Shown in pieces: positions 62,864 through 64,000 of a stretch of 64,000 nt of DNA. This DNA comes from Amoebophrya sp. A120. Its lineage: Eukaryota; Protista; Dinoflagellata. The position numbers and the translations under genes were made by a program. The stretch's first letter is position 1. Every line of letters starts with the position of its first letter. The stretch spans positions 9,431,979-9,495,978 of the forward strand of contig CAJINV010000003.1 of assembly GCA_905178155.1 (NCBI GenBank), written 5' to 3'. The notes beneath the pieces were generated by a model. The model was not told the origin of the DNA and searched no databases. It worked only from the letters and a program-made list of their open reading frames with translations.

Positions 62864-64000
62864 GTCAAGCCCTACTCACTTTGAGTCTTCTTCTTCATCA
62901 AGCATAACGTACTGGCAGCATTTGCTGCGCAGTTCGCAGGTCGTCTCATTACGACAAACGAAAAAAGCATGTTGGATTTGTCGTGGAAGTCCAACCTTTG
63001 CAGACCCTACAAGCGCCGCACGCTTCGGCTTTGGAAATATGAGCAAGGAAGTGCGCGGCCATCGCATCCCGCAGCGGTTTGGAGATGGTTGCAGCACCGA
63101 AAAAAAAAGCTGCACAAGTAGGGTGAAAGGACGAGCCAGCCCAGCAAAGGAAACCGCAAAAAGGTACCAGGCTCCGGCGTGCTTGAGTCCGGGCCCGCCG
63201 GGCCGGCCCTTCGCTACCCGGCTGCCCACCGGATTCCGGTCGACCTACTACAAGCAAGCGTGGCCCCGCCCGTCGCGCCTGGCGGCCGCGTCTCCTTTGC
63301 GGACTCCTTGGGCCCTTTCCAAGATCGCCGACCGTTTATTTGCCCATCCAACGAAGCAGTGCCGTAGCCTGGCCGGCCACGCCGGGGCCCGCCGCTCGCA
63401 CGCCCGGGCCCCTCTTCCGTGCTTGTATTGCGTTGCTTCGGGCCGGGTGAGTTCCATCGCCGGGCCGCCCGTCTGATCTGCCCCAGGCCGGCGAGGGCTT
63501 CTGCGACGCGTCCTCGCCCACTCCTGCGAGGGCGTATTGCCGCATAACCCCCGTGGGCCAGTCCTTCCGTCGGCTCTGCCGGACCTGCCGACTTCGGACG
63601 GCAGAAGGCCCAGTAGGATGGGGTAACTGCAGGCCGCCCGCGCAGCCGAAGGGCAGAACGTGGCGCGACCAAGAAGACGGATGAGCTTTGGCGCTGTTCT
63701 AGCTTTTCGCTTTGGGCGCTTCGATTGAAGTGGCCGACGCTTAGCTAGGGCGAAGGGGTGCGCCGAGTTAGCATAGCATAGCATCGGCGGGCTGGATTTT
63801 CTTCATTCCATCCTTTTCGTTCATTTCGCGGACGCGGTCTTCATTCTCGGCGACATGCCCTTCGCGTCCACAGGGTAAGTTGTTGTCTGTTATGCTGCAA
63901 CTATGGATAGAATAAGAGACCGTTGAGTGCTGGGAGGTAAAAAGTGAATCACGATGGCACGCTGCGATTTGGGGCTTGCGTGGCAATAGCGGAAGTGTCG

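Overview
This is eukaryotic nuclear DNA, not prokaryotic. It holds intron-split genes for a BIG-type Sec7 ARF-GEF (10483->17.6 kb), a GT31 beta-1,3-galactosyltransferase-like protein (about 30.5-36.5 kb), mitochondrial ribosomal protein mL43 (42463-44155) and the GATOR2 subunit WDR24/SEA2 (about 45.6-59.1 kb). Unresolved coding fragments and repeat-rich spacers lie between them. The dominant signal is that many introns are transposon-like fold-back elements. They have inverted repeats at their ends and a short direct repeat across the exon junctions. Removing one exactly restores the reading frame and conserved motifs, often without both GT and AG. They range from perfect TIRs (32 bp with a 5-bp TSD; 96 bp) to long degenerate stems. 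This resembles the non-canonical 'introner' introns reported for the syndinian dinoflagellate Amoebophrya; the taxon is inferred, not proven. The window also contains six co-oriented copies of a ~720-bp element built like a non-autonomous Helentron/Helitron2, a candidate recursive splice site, a duplicated ~520-bp non-coding unit with conserved complementary blocks, and several satellites. All splice junctions were deduced by eye, and canonical alternatives are noted where they exist.
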